NCBI RefSeq assembly: GCF_009914755.1
Contig: NC_060934.1
Origin: the human T2T-CHM13v2.0 reference genome, Homo sapiens
DNA: 64,000 nucleotides
Direction: 5' to 3' (one strand)
Under the pieces are notes generated by a model that was not told where the DNA came from, did not search any database, and saw nothing but the letters and a program-made list of their open reading frames with translations. Positions 51,353 to 64,000 of this stretch are shown piece after piece; position 1 is the stretch's first letter, and each line of letters starts with the position of its first letter. The translations under genes and the position numbers were made by a program.

Positions 51353-52957
51353 TTTTTTTGAATTAAGCAGAAATTTTATTTCCAAGCTCTTTAAAGATTA
51401 TTGCAAACACAAAGTTGTCTTCTGAAAGCCCCAAATCAAATCAAAGGCACGGCATCAAAATAAATAAAACACTTGTGACATTAAGAATTATTTTAGGTTG
51501 TAGTATTTTACATTACTTTGTTTTTAACTATTTACAATGTTCTTCGAGTCATATTTAAACATTTCTTAAGACATGAAATAGGCCGAGCATGGTGGCTCAT
51601 GCCTGTAATCCCAGCACTTTGGGAGGCCAAGGTGTGTGGATTGCTTGAGGTCAGGAGTTCGAGACCAGCCTGGCCAACATGGTAAAACCCTGCCTCTACT
51701 AAAAATCCACACACACACACAAATTAGCTGGGCGTTGTGGCATGTACCTGTAATCACATATCACAGTTACTTGGGAGGCTGAGGCAGGGGAGTTGTTTGA
51801 ACCCGGGAGGCTGAGGTTACAAGGAACTGAGATCATGCCACTGCATTCCAGCCTGAGTGACAGAATGAGACTCTGTCTCAAAAAAAAAAAAAAAAAAAAA
51901 AAAGATACGAAATAATGTATTTAGGTACAACCACAACTACAAGCAGAAAAACTTAAGAATACAAAGACTGAATCTGCTTCATCTAATCTATATATACGAT
52001 GGGGCAACCTAATGCCCAACATAAAATTAATCTTTCTGGATGAGTTTGCTAAGAAACAGCTCCCGTGTTAAGTGTTAAAAAATGAAACAACCTTCTCATT
52101 TGGAAAAATCAAGGCATCAGTTAATTAGTAAAACCTACTCTTTTCCCCAGCAATTTGTACTTTCTTGCCTTCATTTAGAAATTGTAAATTCATGAGCAGA
52201 ACACATTTTGTAGAATTTGGTATAAAAATATTTGTCAGGAGCAACAGATAACAAATATTCAATTTTTTAAATAAAATGTTTTCCTTCCTAAATGTAAACA
52301 TCCAGTAAATAAAACATACATGATATTCTAGGTATAGAAACATCAGTAATTCACTTATGAAAGAGGTACATTTTGACGTATCTGGTGGTAAGGTTTTTGT
52401 CTTACATATAAAGCACTTCACCAAAAACAAACAAACAAAAAACCCATACTGTTATTATTTAGAGCTATATTTCTTCTCCCAGTTTCCTCAGTTGAGTAGA
52501 AACTCACCAATTTCTGTAGAATTTTGGTTATAGGACAAGGCTACAGGAAAGGTCTGAAATAACTATATGTCACTTGACTAGGGAAAAGCCTTCTCTTGAG
52601 GCTTGGAGGCAGTCATTTATCACTTTGTACTTGAAGGCATTCCTCTGCAGACTTCTTTCCTAGAGTCTTCAGGGTAAAGCACAGGATCTGGACTCCAGGA
52701 GGGGGGTTACTTCCTGCTGGAACACTGACCAGCAGGGCATCCTTTCAGGCATTCTGCATGCAGTACTGTTGCAGCTCTGCAGCTGCCTGAGAGACCTTGA
52801 TCCTCTCCACGCCGACCTGCAGCTTGAGCTGCTCCACCAGGCGCTGCAGGGCACTCTTGCTGGCCCTGGAAGACATGGTAGCAGCAGTGTGCTCCAAGGG
52901 TGGTTGAGCCACGCTAGGCGGGTCAGCCCTGCCAGGCCCTGAGCGTGGGCACTGCCA
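51353..52957 (-). pseudogene. GNG10 (pseudogene): Processed pseudogene of G-protein gamma-10 (GNG10), with 5'UTR, CDS 52876-52669, 3'UTR, AATAAA and short poly-A
   Basis: [49 protein letters not shown]...SRSCALP; intronless; stop at 52745-52747; +1 frameshift near 52703; AATAAA (tttatt at 51375-51380). Confidence 0.95.
51581..51901 (+). mobile_element. AluS inside the GNG10 retrocopy 3'UTR
   Basis: TSD aagacatgaaata (51568-51580) / aagatacgaaata (51902-51914); (CA)n in the middle linker. Confidence 0.93.
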
Positions 52958-52967
52958 ATATTGTTGA

Positions 52968-53305
<338 letters not shown>

Positions 53306-53575
53306 TCAATGCAGTCTTTATCAAAATACCAATGACATTCTTCATAGAAATAAAAAAAATCTTAAAATTTATATTGAACCACAAAAGACTCCCAATAGCC
53401 AAAGCAATCCTGAGCAAAAAGAAAGCTGGAGGTATACACTGTCAGACTTCAAAATATACTACAAAGCTGTAGTAATGAAGACAGCATGGTACTGTCATAA
53501 AAACAGACACATAGACTAATGGAACAGAATAGACCACACAGAAAGTAATGTATTCATCTACAGCCAACTGCTTTT

Positions 53576-53878
53576 TAAAAATTTTTTATTTTTTGAGACA
53601 GTGTCTCACTCCATCTCCCAGGCTGGAGTGCAATGGCATGATCATGGCTCACTGTAACCTTTACTTCCTGGGCTTAAGAAATCCTCGTACTTCAGCCTCC
53701 TGAGTAGCAGGGACTACAGGTACGTGCAACCATGCCTAGCTAACTTTTAAAAATTTTCTGTGGAGACAGAGTCTCACTATATTGTGTAGGCTGGTCTTGA
53801 AACCCCTGGGGTCAAATGATTCTCCTGCCTTAGCCTCCCAAAGTGCTGGGATTACAGGCATGAGCCACCATGCCTGGC
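53576..53878 (-). mobile_element. AluJ in L1MA
   Basis: TSD-like ccaactg(c/a)ttttt. Confidence 0.88.
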
Positions 53879-54018
53879 TACCAACTGATTTTTGACAAAG
53901 TCAGCAAGAATACTCACTGGGGAAAGGATAATCTCTTCAATAAGTGATGCTGGGAAAACTAGATATCCATAGACAGAAGAATGAAAATAGACCCTCACCT
54001 CTCACCCTATATGAAAAT

Positions 54019-54098
54019 AAACTCAAAATGGATCAAAGACCTAAATGTAAGATCTGAAACTCAAAATGGATCAAAGACCTAAATGTAAGATCTGAAAC
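54019..54098. repeat. Perfect 38-bp tandem duplication within L1
   Basis: aaactcaaaatggatcaaagacctaaatgtaagatctg x2 plus aaac. Confidence 0.95.
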
Positions 54099-54191
54099 CA
54101 TAAAACTACTACAAGAAAACATAGGGGGAAGCCCTTCAGGACATTGGTCTGGGAAAATATTTTATGAATAAGACCTCAAAAGCAGTCAACA

Positions 54192-54421
54192 AATCACTTG
54201 AGCTCAGGAGTTTAAGACCAGCCTAGGCAACATAATGAGACCCTGTCTTTTCAAAAAATAAAAGTTAGCCAGATGTGATGGTATGTACCTGTAGTCCCAG
54301 CTACTCAGGGAGCTCAGGCAGGTGGATCACTTGAGTCCAGCAATCCAAGGCTGCAGTGAGCTACTATCAAACTACTGCCCCCTAGCCTGGGTGATAGAGC
54401 AGAAGCTTGCCTCTAAAAAAC
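54192..54421 (+). mobile_element. 5'-truncated AluJ in L1MA
   Basis: atcacttgagctcaggagtt...cctctaaaaaa. Confidence 0.8.
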
Positions 54422-55458
54422 AAAAGCACAGGCAACAAAAGCAAAAGTAAACAAATGAGATTACATCAAACAAAAAAGCTTCTGCACAGCAAAGGAAACA
54501 ATAAACACAGTGAAAGGGCAACCTACAGAATGGGAGAAAATATTTGCAAGCTATTCATCTGATGGGATTAATATCCAGAATATCCAAGGAGCTCGAACAT
54601 CTCAACAGCAAAAAACAATCTGAATACTTTAAAGGCATCTCTACTCTGCTGTCAGCTTACATGCTTCTGAAGAGAGGTCTGCTGTCTTTCTTTGTTTTTC
54701 TGTAGACCCCCTTGCACCCACCATAGCTGCTTCTAAGATTTTCCACTGAATCCTAGCAATTACATTAGAATGCTACTTGGCATAATTTTCTTAAGTTTAT
54801 TCTGCTTGGGGTTGTTGGATTTGTGGGTTTATGCTTTTCATCAAATTTAGGAAATTTGGACCATTATTTCAAACATTTTGTTTCTTGTTTCTCGTCTCTT
54901 CCTTGGACTACAATTACACGTATGTTAGACTGCTTGATATTGTCCTTTAGGTCACTGGTGCTCTTAATTTATTCTCAGTCATTTTTTCTGTCTCCTTTGT
55001 TTTGTCAGTTTTTAAAATTGCTATTTCTTTTCATTGATTGATACAGTTTTCTGCCGAGTATAACCTGCTGTTAATTCCATTTTTCAATTTTGTATTTTTT
55101 ATTTTTAACAGTTCTAAGTATTTTTAAAATATTACAATGCTCATGTTTTTATCTTCTCGAAGACAGTGTACTGACAGGATAATGTATTTGTTTACTAATT
55201 GTGTCATAGATGTCATTTCTGGGTTTATTTCTCTTGATTTTTTTCTTTCTGTTACTGTTATTTCGTTTCCTTGCATATTGGTGATTTTTGAAAAATTTAT
55301 TTTTATAAAAATTTTAGATTTATAAAGTACAAATATATTTCTCAGAATTCTCACATAATTTGCACCCATTTTCCCCTATTATTAACATTTTACATGAATA
55401 TGGTGCATTTGTTGCAAATAATGAACCAATGTTGATACATTATTATTATTACTGTGGT

Positions 55459-55735
55459 TTTTTTTTTTTTTTCAGATGGAGTCTCGCTCTGTCGCCCAGG
55501 CTGGAGTGCAGTGGTGTGTGAGCTCTGCTCACTGCAACCTCTGTCTCCTGGGTTCAAGCGATTCTGCCTCAGCCTCCTGAGTAGCTGGGATTACAGGTGC
55601 CCACCACCATGCCCGGCTAATTTTTGTATTTTTAGTAGAGATGAGGTTTCACCATGTTGGCCAGGCTGGTCTCAAACTCCTGACCTCAGGTGATCCACCT
55701 GCCTCGGTCTCCCGAAGTGTTGGGATTACAGGTGT
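55459..55735 (-). mobile_element. AluSx missing its first ~16 nt
   Basis: Ends ggattacaggtgtg, directly fused to L1. Confidence 0.92.
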
Positions 55736-56373
55736 GGAGAAATATGAACACTTTTACACAGTTGCTGGGACTGTAAACTAGTTCAACCATTGTGGGAGAC
55801 AGTGTGGTGATTCCTCAAGGATGTAGAACTAGAAATACCATTTGACCCAGCCATCCCATTACTGGGTATCTACCCAAAGGATTATAAATCATGCTGCTAT
55901 ACAGACACATGCACAGGTACGTTTATTGCGGCACTATTCACAATAGCAAAGACTTGGAACCAACCTAAATGTCCAACCATAGACTGGATTAAGAAAATGT
56001 GGCACATATACACCATGGAATACTATGCAGCCATAAGAAAGGATGAGTTCATGTCCTTTGTAGGGACATGGATGAAGCTGGAAACCATCATTCTCAGCAA
56101 ACTATCGCAAGGACAAAAAACCAAACACCACATGTTCTCACTCATAGGTGGGAATTGAACAGTGAGAACACTTGAACACAGGAAGGGGAACATCACACCC
56201 TGGGGCCTGTCATGGGGTGTGGGTAGGGGGGAGGGATAGCATTAGGAGAAATACCTAATGTAAATGACGAGATAATGGGTGCAGCACACCAACATGGCAC
56301 ATGTATATATATGTAACAAACCTGCACGTTGTACACATGTACCCTAGAACTTAAAGTATAATAATAAAAAAAA
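55733..56373 (+). mobile_element. 5'-truncated L1PA5/6-like 3' end
   Basis: tgtggagaaat...caaggacaaaaaacc...gtaccctagaacttaaagtataataataaa. Confidence 0.92.
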
Positions 56374-56656
56374 ACATTTTAAGATAATTTTGCAGTGCAG
56401 CTTACCTGGATACCTATTTAGTTGGGAGAAGGGTAAGACAAAAAAAAGGAGAGAAATATATCCATGTATGCAGTACTTTGTTCTTTTATTAAATAGTTCA
56501 GACATAAAATATGTAAAATACTCACATGCCACCACTTAGCTTAAGAAACAAATCATTGCTGACAAAATTATTTTTCTTTCATCCTATTTTTCCTCTTCCT
56601 CTGTCTGTGATATAGTTTTAATCAAATATTATGTAGATTATATCATTCTCTCTCTC

Positions 56657-56961
56657 TTTTTTTTTTTTTTTTTTTTTTTGAGATGGAGTCATGCTCCGTC
56701 ACCCGGGCTGGAGTTCAGTGGCTCAATCTCTGCTCGCTGCAACCTCCACCTCCTGGACTCAAGTGATTCTCCTGCCTCAGCCTCCTGAGTAGCTCAGACC
56801 ACAGGTGTGCGCCACCGTGCCCAGCTAATTTTTGTATTTTTAGTGCAGATGGGGTTTCACTATGTTGGCCAAGCTGGTCTTGAACTCCTGACCTCAAGTG
56901 ATCCACCCGTCTAGGCCTCCGAAAGTGCTGGAATCACAGGTGTGAACCACTGCACCTGACC
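56657..56961 (-). mobile_element. AluS/J
   Basis: TSD-like tatcattctct on both sides. Confidence 0.9.
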
Positions 56962-57376
56962 TATATTGTATCATTCTCTACATAACGTTTTACAACTTTC
57001 TTTTGTGATTCGACCTTACCCTCGATTTATTCACATGGATATATTTAGCCCCAATTAATTTTAACTTTAGTCTTAACTGCTATATGGTATGCTAATGTTT
57101 GATTATTCATAATTTGTCCAGTCTTCTCATGCTGGCCATTTCAGTAGTTTTCCATTTCTGTTAAATGTAAAGCTGCCATGAACATTCTTACACATGTAAG
57201 GGACCATACCTAGGAGTGGAATTGCAGGATGATAGAGAATGCACAACCTCAACTTAGCCTTGCCAACTTGTTTTCCAAAGAGATTTCCCAATTTATACTC
57301 TACTGGCAGTTTGAGAGTGTTCCACTCTTCCTCTTCACTGCTATTGGCAGATTTTAGATTTAATGAACTTGATGAC

Positions 57377-57688
<312 letters not shown>

Positions 57689-57989
57689 TCATTTTGATTT
57701 TCAGTGAGGTTGAGTAGGTTTCACTGGCAATCCTCCTGAATTGCTTGGTCATATTCTTCAGTAGCACATTTTTCTTAAGAGTGAATATAAGCTGATCCAT
57801 TTGAACACTTTGCTATTGTGAAAGTATCCTACCATTTCTTACTGTGAATATATTTTAGACTTGTGACATACTGTGTCTAAAGAATATATATATAACAATT
57901 TGGCTTTTCTTATCTGATTGTGAAAGACTTTGTCATTTTACACACTCAGTGTGCATTTCCATAGAAGATCTCAGGAGCTCCATACCAGG

Positions 57990-58220
57990 CACAGCCTGTG
58001 GGGGAAAGAGCACAGATTTTGGAGTTAGAGATCTGGATTGAAATCCTTGCTCTCCACTTATCAGTTCTGTAGCTTTGAACAGGCTGCTGTACTTCTTTGA
58101 GCCTTGGTCTCCTCCTCTCTGTCCTCATCTATAAATTGAGAACACCCCATCATCGTGAGGTTGAATCCGTTGTTGACCAAGTGTCCTGTATGATTTTTTG
58201 CTTAGAGCAAGCCTGCAGTA
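57990..58220 (+). mobile_element. MIR
   Basis: aagagcacagattttggagttagagatctgg...cctcatctataaa. Confidence 0.7.
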
Positions 58221-59687
58221 AATTGAAGTTGTTGTAATTAAGTAAAGGAAATATCTTGGGAAGTACATTTCCTTCTTTGCCTACTACCTGTTACCCATAT
58301 AGAACTCCAAGCAGGGTTTCCTTGTAGTTAAAAGTGTGAAATAGGTGAGCATTGTGACTTTCAAAGGCATTATCACTACCTTATGTTCGTGAAGTCCTTT
58401 ATACATTTCAAATCACTTCAGTATTTTGTCACATTATTTTTTTGTTTGCAGTAAATCTGAGAGGGAGGCAGGACAGGTATCCTTACTTATCCCCCACTTT
58501 TCCTGATGAGGAATATCCATGGTAGAGACACAAAAGGAAGCAATGTTTCCCCATTACTACTCTAGGGAGTTTTGTCTTTTATTGTTTTTGCTATTTGGTT
58601 TTTGATGTTTGAACTGATTTTTGCCCTTGAAGAACTTACTAGCAAAGTAGAGGAAAGCAACTTTTGGGCAGTTTGCACTTACGTTACTTACTTTTAAAGG
58701 ATAAGGAATGTTTTGGGATAAAAAATATAAGAAAATTTAAGTATATTGAAATGTTTTCATTAGATGATGTATTCTTTGCCTGCAGGCTCTGCCAGACTTG
58801 CCTCTTTATCCCGAGACCTCACTTAAGGCACCTCATTCCCAGATTAGAATGTATGTAAACTATATGCATTTTGAACACGTCTTCCTGTAGGCTCCCTCTG
58901 CACCTGCCTCCCCCATGCACCTGGTTTGTATTTGTTTGGTGTCCAATGTTCCCTGCTCCTCTCTTTGCCCTTCCCTCTTGGTCATCTTGGTTACACCTGT
59001 GCCCTCAGGACACAGGAGAGGTATCCCACAAGTGTGCTGAATGAATGGGTGTAAGTAAACTTTTTCCTTGGAAATAAATGTCAAGCAGGATATCTGCTTG
59101 ACACCAAAATGGTCAATAAATTGAGCCAGAGTGTAATTGAAGTGTCTCATGCTTTGAAGCATCCACATTGACTTATTCTTGGTTTATTTTTATCAGACTT
59201 GTTGCTATCATATATGTATAAGCTCAGCAAGGAAGAGTCTAGGCTAGTAGTTTGTCTTAGCTGAATCTTTTTTCCATAAGAATAAGTAAAAGTGCTCAGT
59301 TACATTTTGTTTTTTCCCCCTTTATTCAGTACTATACCAGCTTAAAATAATACCAAAAAATCAGCCATAATGCTACTATTTTGTCTTTTGTTTTTCTAAA
59401 TTCTTTCAGTTCTTCTGTCTGCGTGCATCTGTACATTTTATGCCATTATAATCATAGCATCTGTGTAAGTTCGTACCCTTTCCTTAGTATATCATCTTCC
59501 ACACTTTTAATGACTAAATATTCTTGTATATAAATAATGTACCAAAGTGTATCTAACAAATTCCATGTTCTTGGACATTTAGATTAGTTTTCATTGCTGT
59601 CAGTGGTATTAAAGTGTTCCTCTCTGGTTTTTATTTTTTGTTGTGATTTATGCATGTGTGTATGTAGTTAAACATAGGGCAGTAGTA

Positions 59688-59930
59688 GATAGCACATGGA
59701 AAGTTAAGGGCACGCCGCTGGAGTTGGGCTCCCTGGGTTTGAATCCTGGCTCTGCTGCTTGTTGCATGGACTCCCCGGCAAATTATGGGACCTCTGTGTG
59801 CCTCCAGTCTTACAGGTAAAAGGTAGGAGGAAAGTTATAGCAGTTTATAAGGTTGTTGTGAAGATTAAATAGTATATGTAAAGAGTTTAGAACACTCATA
59901 CAAAGTCTTGTGAAAACTTAGCTATTAAAT
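59688..59930 (+). mobile_element. MIR
   Basis: ctgggtttgaatcctggctctgc...ttgtgaagattaaat. Confidence 0.7.
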
Positions 59931-60064
59931 AACCCAGGTTTGGGCAGGGATGTTGGATGGACTCCTGGGTAAAATAGAGTTGGCCCTAATTGTGCTGATA
60001 ATTGAAGCTGGGTAACAGATACAAGAGGATTTGCTATACTATTCGTTCTACTTTTTATGTTGAA

Positions 60065-60328
<264 letters not shown>

Positions 60329-60544
60329 TGAATGTGTTTCTAGAAGTGAGACCACAAAGTAGGAGATCTTACAACCATTTTTGAATACAGCCAAATTGTT
60401 TTTTTAAAGAATTGTGTAATATACAGTGTAATGCTCAATCTAAAACGGTTTTATCACAGTCTTAAACAACACTGAATATTATTACCATTACATGTTTTTC
60501 ATATAATTTTATAGGTAAAATGGTACCTTACAGTTATTTTAATT

Positions 60545-60731
60545 TCTTCTTTTTTTTTTTTCTTTCTGAGACAGGGTCTTGCTCTTTCGCTCAGGCTGGA
60601 GTGCAGTGGCATGATGATAGGGTCTCTCTAGGTTGCCTAGGCTGGTCTCTTCCTGGCCTCATGTGATCCTCTCACCTTGGCCTCCAAAAGTGTTGGGATT
60701 ACAGATGTTGGTTGGCCACTGCACCTGACCT
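60545..60731 (-). mobile_element. AluJ with internal deletion
   Basis: Right-arm end joined to left-arm sequence at gatgatagggtctc. Confidence 0.75.
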
Positions 60732-62087
60732 AGAACGTATTTTTGATTAATGGTTGCTGTAAATATCTGATCAAGCCATGATAAACTGCTTTGAGGTGAC
60801 AGCCACCACTGTTCTCATATAGCATCCCCCTCAGTGTGCAGTCATCTTTATTGTGGACCATATGCCACCGGAGGCTAGACTGCAGATGCCCCTTGCCAGT
60901 GAAATTTGACTTCGGTAAATTTTCAGATGAGTTTTGGAAGAGCAGGGAAACTACAATTCTGCTTTAAGGTGTTCTGTTTTTATATAGTGAATATATTTAT
61001 ATTTGTTTTTTTTCTTTATCATTTCCCACTTTTCATGATACAAATCACAATTGCAAATTCCAATACAGTGTATGATCACCACTTCTCTCTGTAGCTTTTG
61101 AGATATGGTCAACTATTTATCATAAAGATGCTGAATAATCTGATTTTTTTTGTTTTACTAATTTGTTTTTTGAGTCTCCTCTTGGTGCATTTCTTTTACA
61201 ATCCTTTTAAAAAATGTAGGATGCTAAGCCTAATATTGTGTAGTGGTTTACATAAATTTTATAGTTTTCTACGTTCAAACCTATAATTTGTGAGTGATAC
61301 CTTTTTACTATGGTTTCTGATGTACTTGAGCCATGTTTTATGCCATCTTCTGAGTAACCATAGGGACTGAGTGGCGACAGTGTATGAAGCCCTTTATTAT
61401 TCTATATTCCCATTTATTACTTGACAAGTGGCACCAGAGGCATAAAATTGTTTTATTTGTCAGATTTGCATAAGAACTTTCTTACAAAAAGCTTTTATGG
61501 TACGTAACACATCCATAAATTCTCATAATCGTCCTTTTGAGGTACTTCTTGTAGTTTTACTGTTGTTCTTCCTTTTTCATTATTTGAGAAACTTTTAAAA
61601 TAAGAAATATTTGTCATGATGAAAAGATCCTACCAATTATTTGAAAGAACCATTGAAAATTGAACATAAGGTCTCCTTTTTCTTTTTGCTTTTTTTAGAA
61701 AACAAACTCTTTAGAAAATTTTTTAGAAAACAAAATCTTTAGAAAAGTTAAAATAAAATTAAAGCCTGACTTTGTGATGAAATTAGTTGGTTAAATTTGG
61801 ATGCTGGTTATCAGACTTAAAAAAAAAAAAAAGTACCTTTTGAAAGATCTGAGACTTACTTATGACCAAGAAAAAATAGTTCTAAAACTTTTGTATAAAA
61901 AGTAGCATGTAAGTTGTGTCTATGAATGTGTATCTGTGGGTGTGTTGTATCTGTTTTATAAAACTTGAATAGAGCGTCTATAAAAACAGTTCTCAAGAGT
62001 GTTTGTACTGATAACAGATAAATACAGATAGGGATATAAACATCATGGTTAAATAAATAGCAAAAAAGATCAGCTTTTGAATTTTTC

Positions 62088-63346
62088 TTTTTTTTTAAAT
62101 TTTTTTTAGTATTTATTGATCATTCTTGGGTGTTTCTCGGAGAGGGGGATTTGGCAGGGTCATAGGACAATAGTGGAGAGAAGGTCAGCAGATAAACATG
62201 TGAACAAAGGTCTCTGGTTTTCCTAGGCAGAGGACCCTGTGGCCTTCCCCAGTGTTTGTGTCCCTGGGTACTTGAGATTAGGGATTGGTGATGACTCTTA
62301 ACGAGCATGCTGCCTTCAAGCATCTGTTTAACAAAGCACATCTTGCACTGCCCTTAATCCATTTAACCCTGAGTTGACACAGCACATGTTTCAGAGAGCA
62401 TGGGGTTGGGGGTAAGGTTATATATTAACAGCATCCCAAGGCAGAAGAATTTTTCTTAGTACAGAACGAAATGGAGTCTCCTATGTTTACTTCTTTCTAC
62501 ACAGACACAGTAACAATCTGATCTCTCTTTCTTTTCCCCACATTTCCCCCTTTTCTATTCGACAAAACCGCCATCGTCATCATGGCCCGTTCTCAATGAG
62601 CTGTTGGGTACACCTCCCAGACGGGGTGGCGGCCGGGCAGAGGGGCTTCTCACTTCCCAGACGTGGTGGCTGGGCAGAGGGGCCCCCCACCCCCCAGAGG
62701 GGGCGGCCAGGCAGAGGCGCCCCTGCCTTCCAGATGGGGCGGCTGCTGGGCGGGGGCGCCCCCTGCCTCCCAGACGGGGCGGCGGCCGGGCGGAGGCGCT
62801 CCTCACCTCCCAGATGGGGCGGCCGGGCAGAGGCGCTCCCCACATCCCAGACGATGGGCGGCCAGGCAGAGACGCTCCTCACTTCCTAGACGGGGTGGTG
62901 GCCGGGCAGAGGCTGCAATCTCCGCACTTTGGGAGGCCAAGGCAGGCAGCTGGGAGGTGGAGGTTCACACCACTGTACTCCAGCCTGGGCAGCATTGAGC
63001 ACTGAGTGAGCGAGACTCCGTCTGCAATCCCGGCGCCTCGGGAGGCCGAGGTGGGCAGATCACTCGAGGTCAGGAGCTGGAGACCAGCCGGGCCAACACG
63101 GCGAAACCCCTTCTCCACCAAAAAATACAAAAACCAGTCAGGCGTGACAGCGCGCGCCTGCAATCCCAGGCACTCGGCAGGCTGAGGCAGGAGAATCAGG
63201 CAGGGAGGTTGCAGTGAGCCGAGATCGCGGCAGTACAGTCCAGCCTCGGCAACAGAGGGGGACCGTGGAAAGTGAGAGATGGAGACGAGGGAGAGGGGAA
63301 GACCGTGGAAAGCAGGAGACGGGAGAGGGAGAGGGAGAGCTTGAGC
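62088..63346 (-). mobile_element. Complete SVA of old subfamily (SVA_A/B-like) with short VNTR
   Basis: T tail, SINE-R (~62110-62605), GC-rich VNTR (~62605-62910), Alu-like domain, (CCCTCT)n near 63320-63340; TSD TTGAATTTTTC at 62077-62087 and 63347-63357. Confidence 0.95.
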
Positions 63347-64000
63347 TTGAATTTTTCAAAATGTTGATTTTTGTCACCTTAGGAAAGATGTGTTACTTGT
63401 TATACATCCAGCATGGTTAAGTCCTAGTGTCAAGTGAGCCAGGACTATAGTCACAGATATACTTACCTCTCCTTGCAACTTTAGCTGTATTATAAAACTT
63501 GGGGGTGATAACATTTACAAATAGACTTGTTCATGTATTAGTAGTAAATTCAGAGTACTTTTCCACTGTGATATGTGCTTTCTGCCCTAAGTATATACAA
63601 TCTTTTCAGATTTATCTATGAGCTATCTTGCTAATTGTTTCACCCACATTCTATAGCCTTTCCCTCCTGTTGATGCAACTCTTCCTCTTCCAGATTTCAT
63701 GCTGAACCTAATGCAGCATTTGACTGGCTTCCTACCCATTCCCATAGTGTCTGCAAGTAAACATCAGTCAAACTCTCTGCCTTCTTGGTCTCCACTACTG
63801 GTTGCTATGGGCTTTCTATACCATCTTTCCTTTCCTGGACTGGGCTCCTGAAGGTCAGCAGCCTCCCTGACCTCGGTGCTATAATAAGTTGCCTTCTCTT
63901 CTGCTTGCACACAACATCTCTCTACTTTATTCAAACAATTACCTGGTTTGCATTGTCTCACTTTTTCTGACCAAGTTTTCTTGATCATTTAAAAATTTCC

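Noticed and set aside
62555-63420. GC-rich ORFs and apparent CpG island
   Set aside because: SVA VNTR and Alu-like domain, not a gene promoter.

Overview
Primate (probably human or great-ape) euchromatic DNA, very rich in repeats. I find no intact cellular protein-coding gene; almost all track ORFs are Alu/L1/LTR/SVA or microsatellite artefacts. Main contents: (1) a full-length but coding-dead L1PA2-like LINE-1 (37722-43723, +, 14-bp TSD); (2) a compact, complete old-type SVA (62088-63346, -); (3) solo LTRs (LTR5A/HML-2, MER9, MER41A, MER61A, LTR10, LTR47-like nested in a MER39/34-like LTR, MaLRs); (4) a 3.3-kb L1PB; (5) about 38 Alu pieces; (6) a processed GNG10 pseudogene (51353-52957, -) nested in a twin-primed, 5'-inverted L1MA whose TSD and inversion junctions can still be read. 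Other notable items are a discontinuous templated copy of an Alu-TSD-Alu junction from 3 kb away, a TSD-less L1-Alu fusion, and a mosaic TGCATG/TGACACCT tandem array. Retroelement orientation bias suggests a + strand host transcript. I could not support a new biological system; the best findings are mechanistic fossils of retrotransposition/repair and candidate regulatory elements. Subfamily names are from recognition, not a database search.
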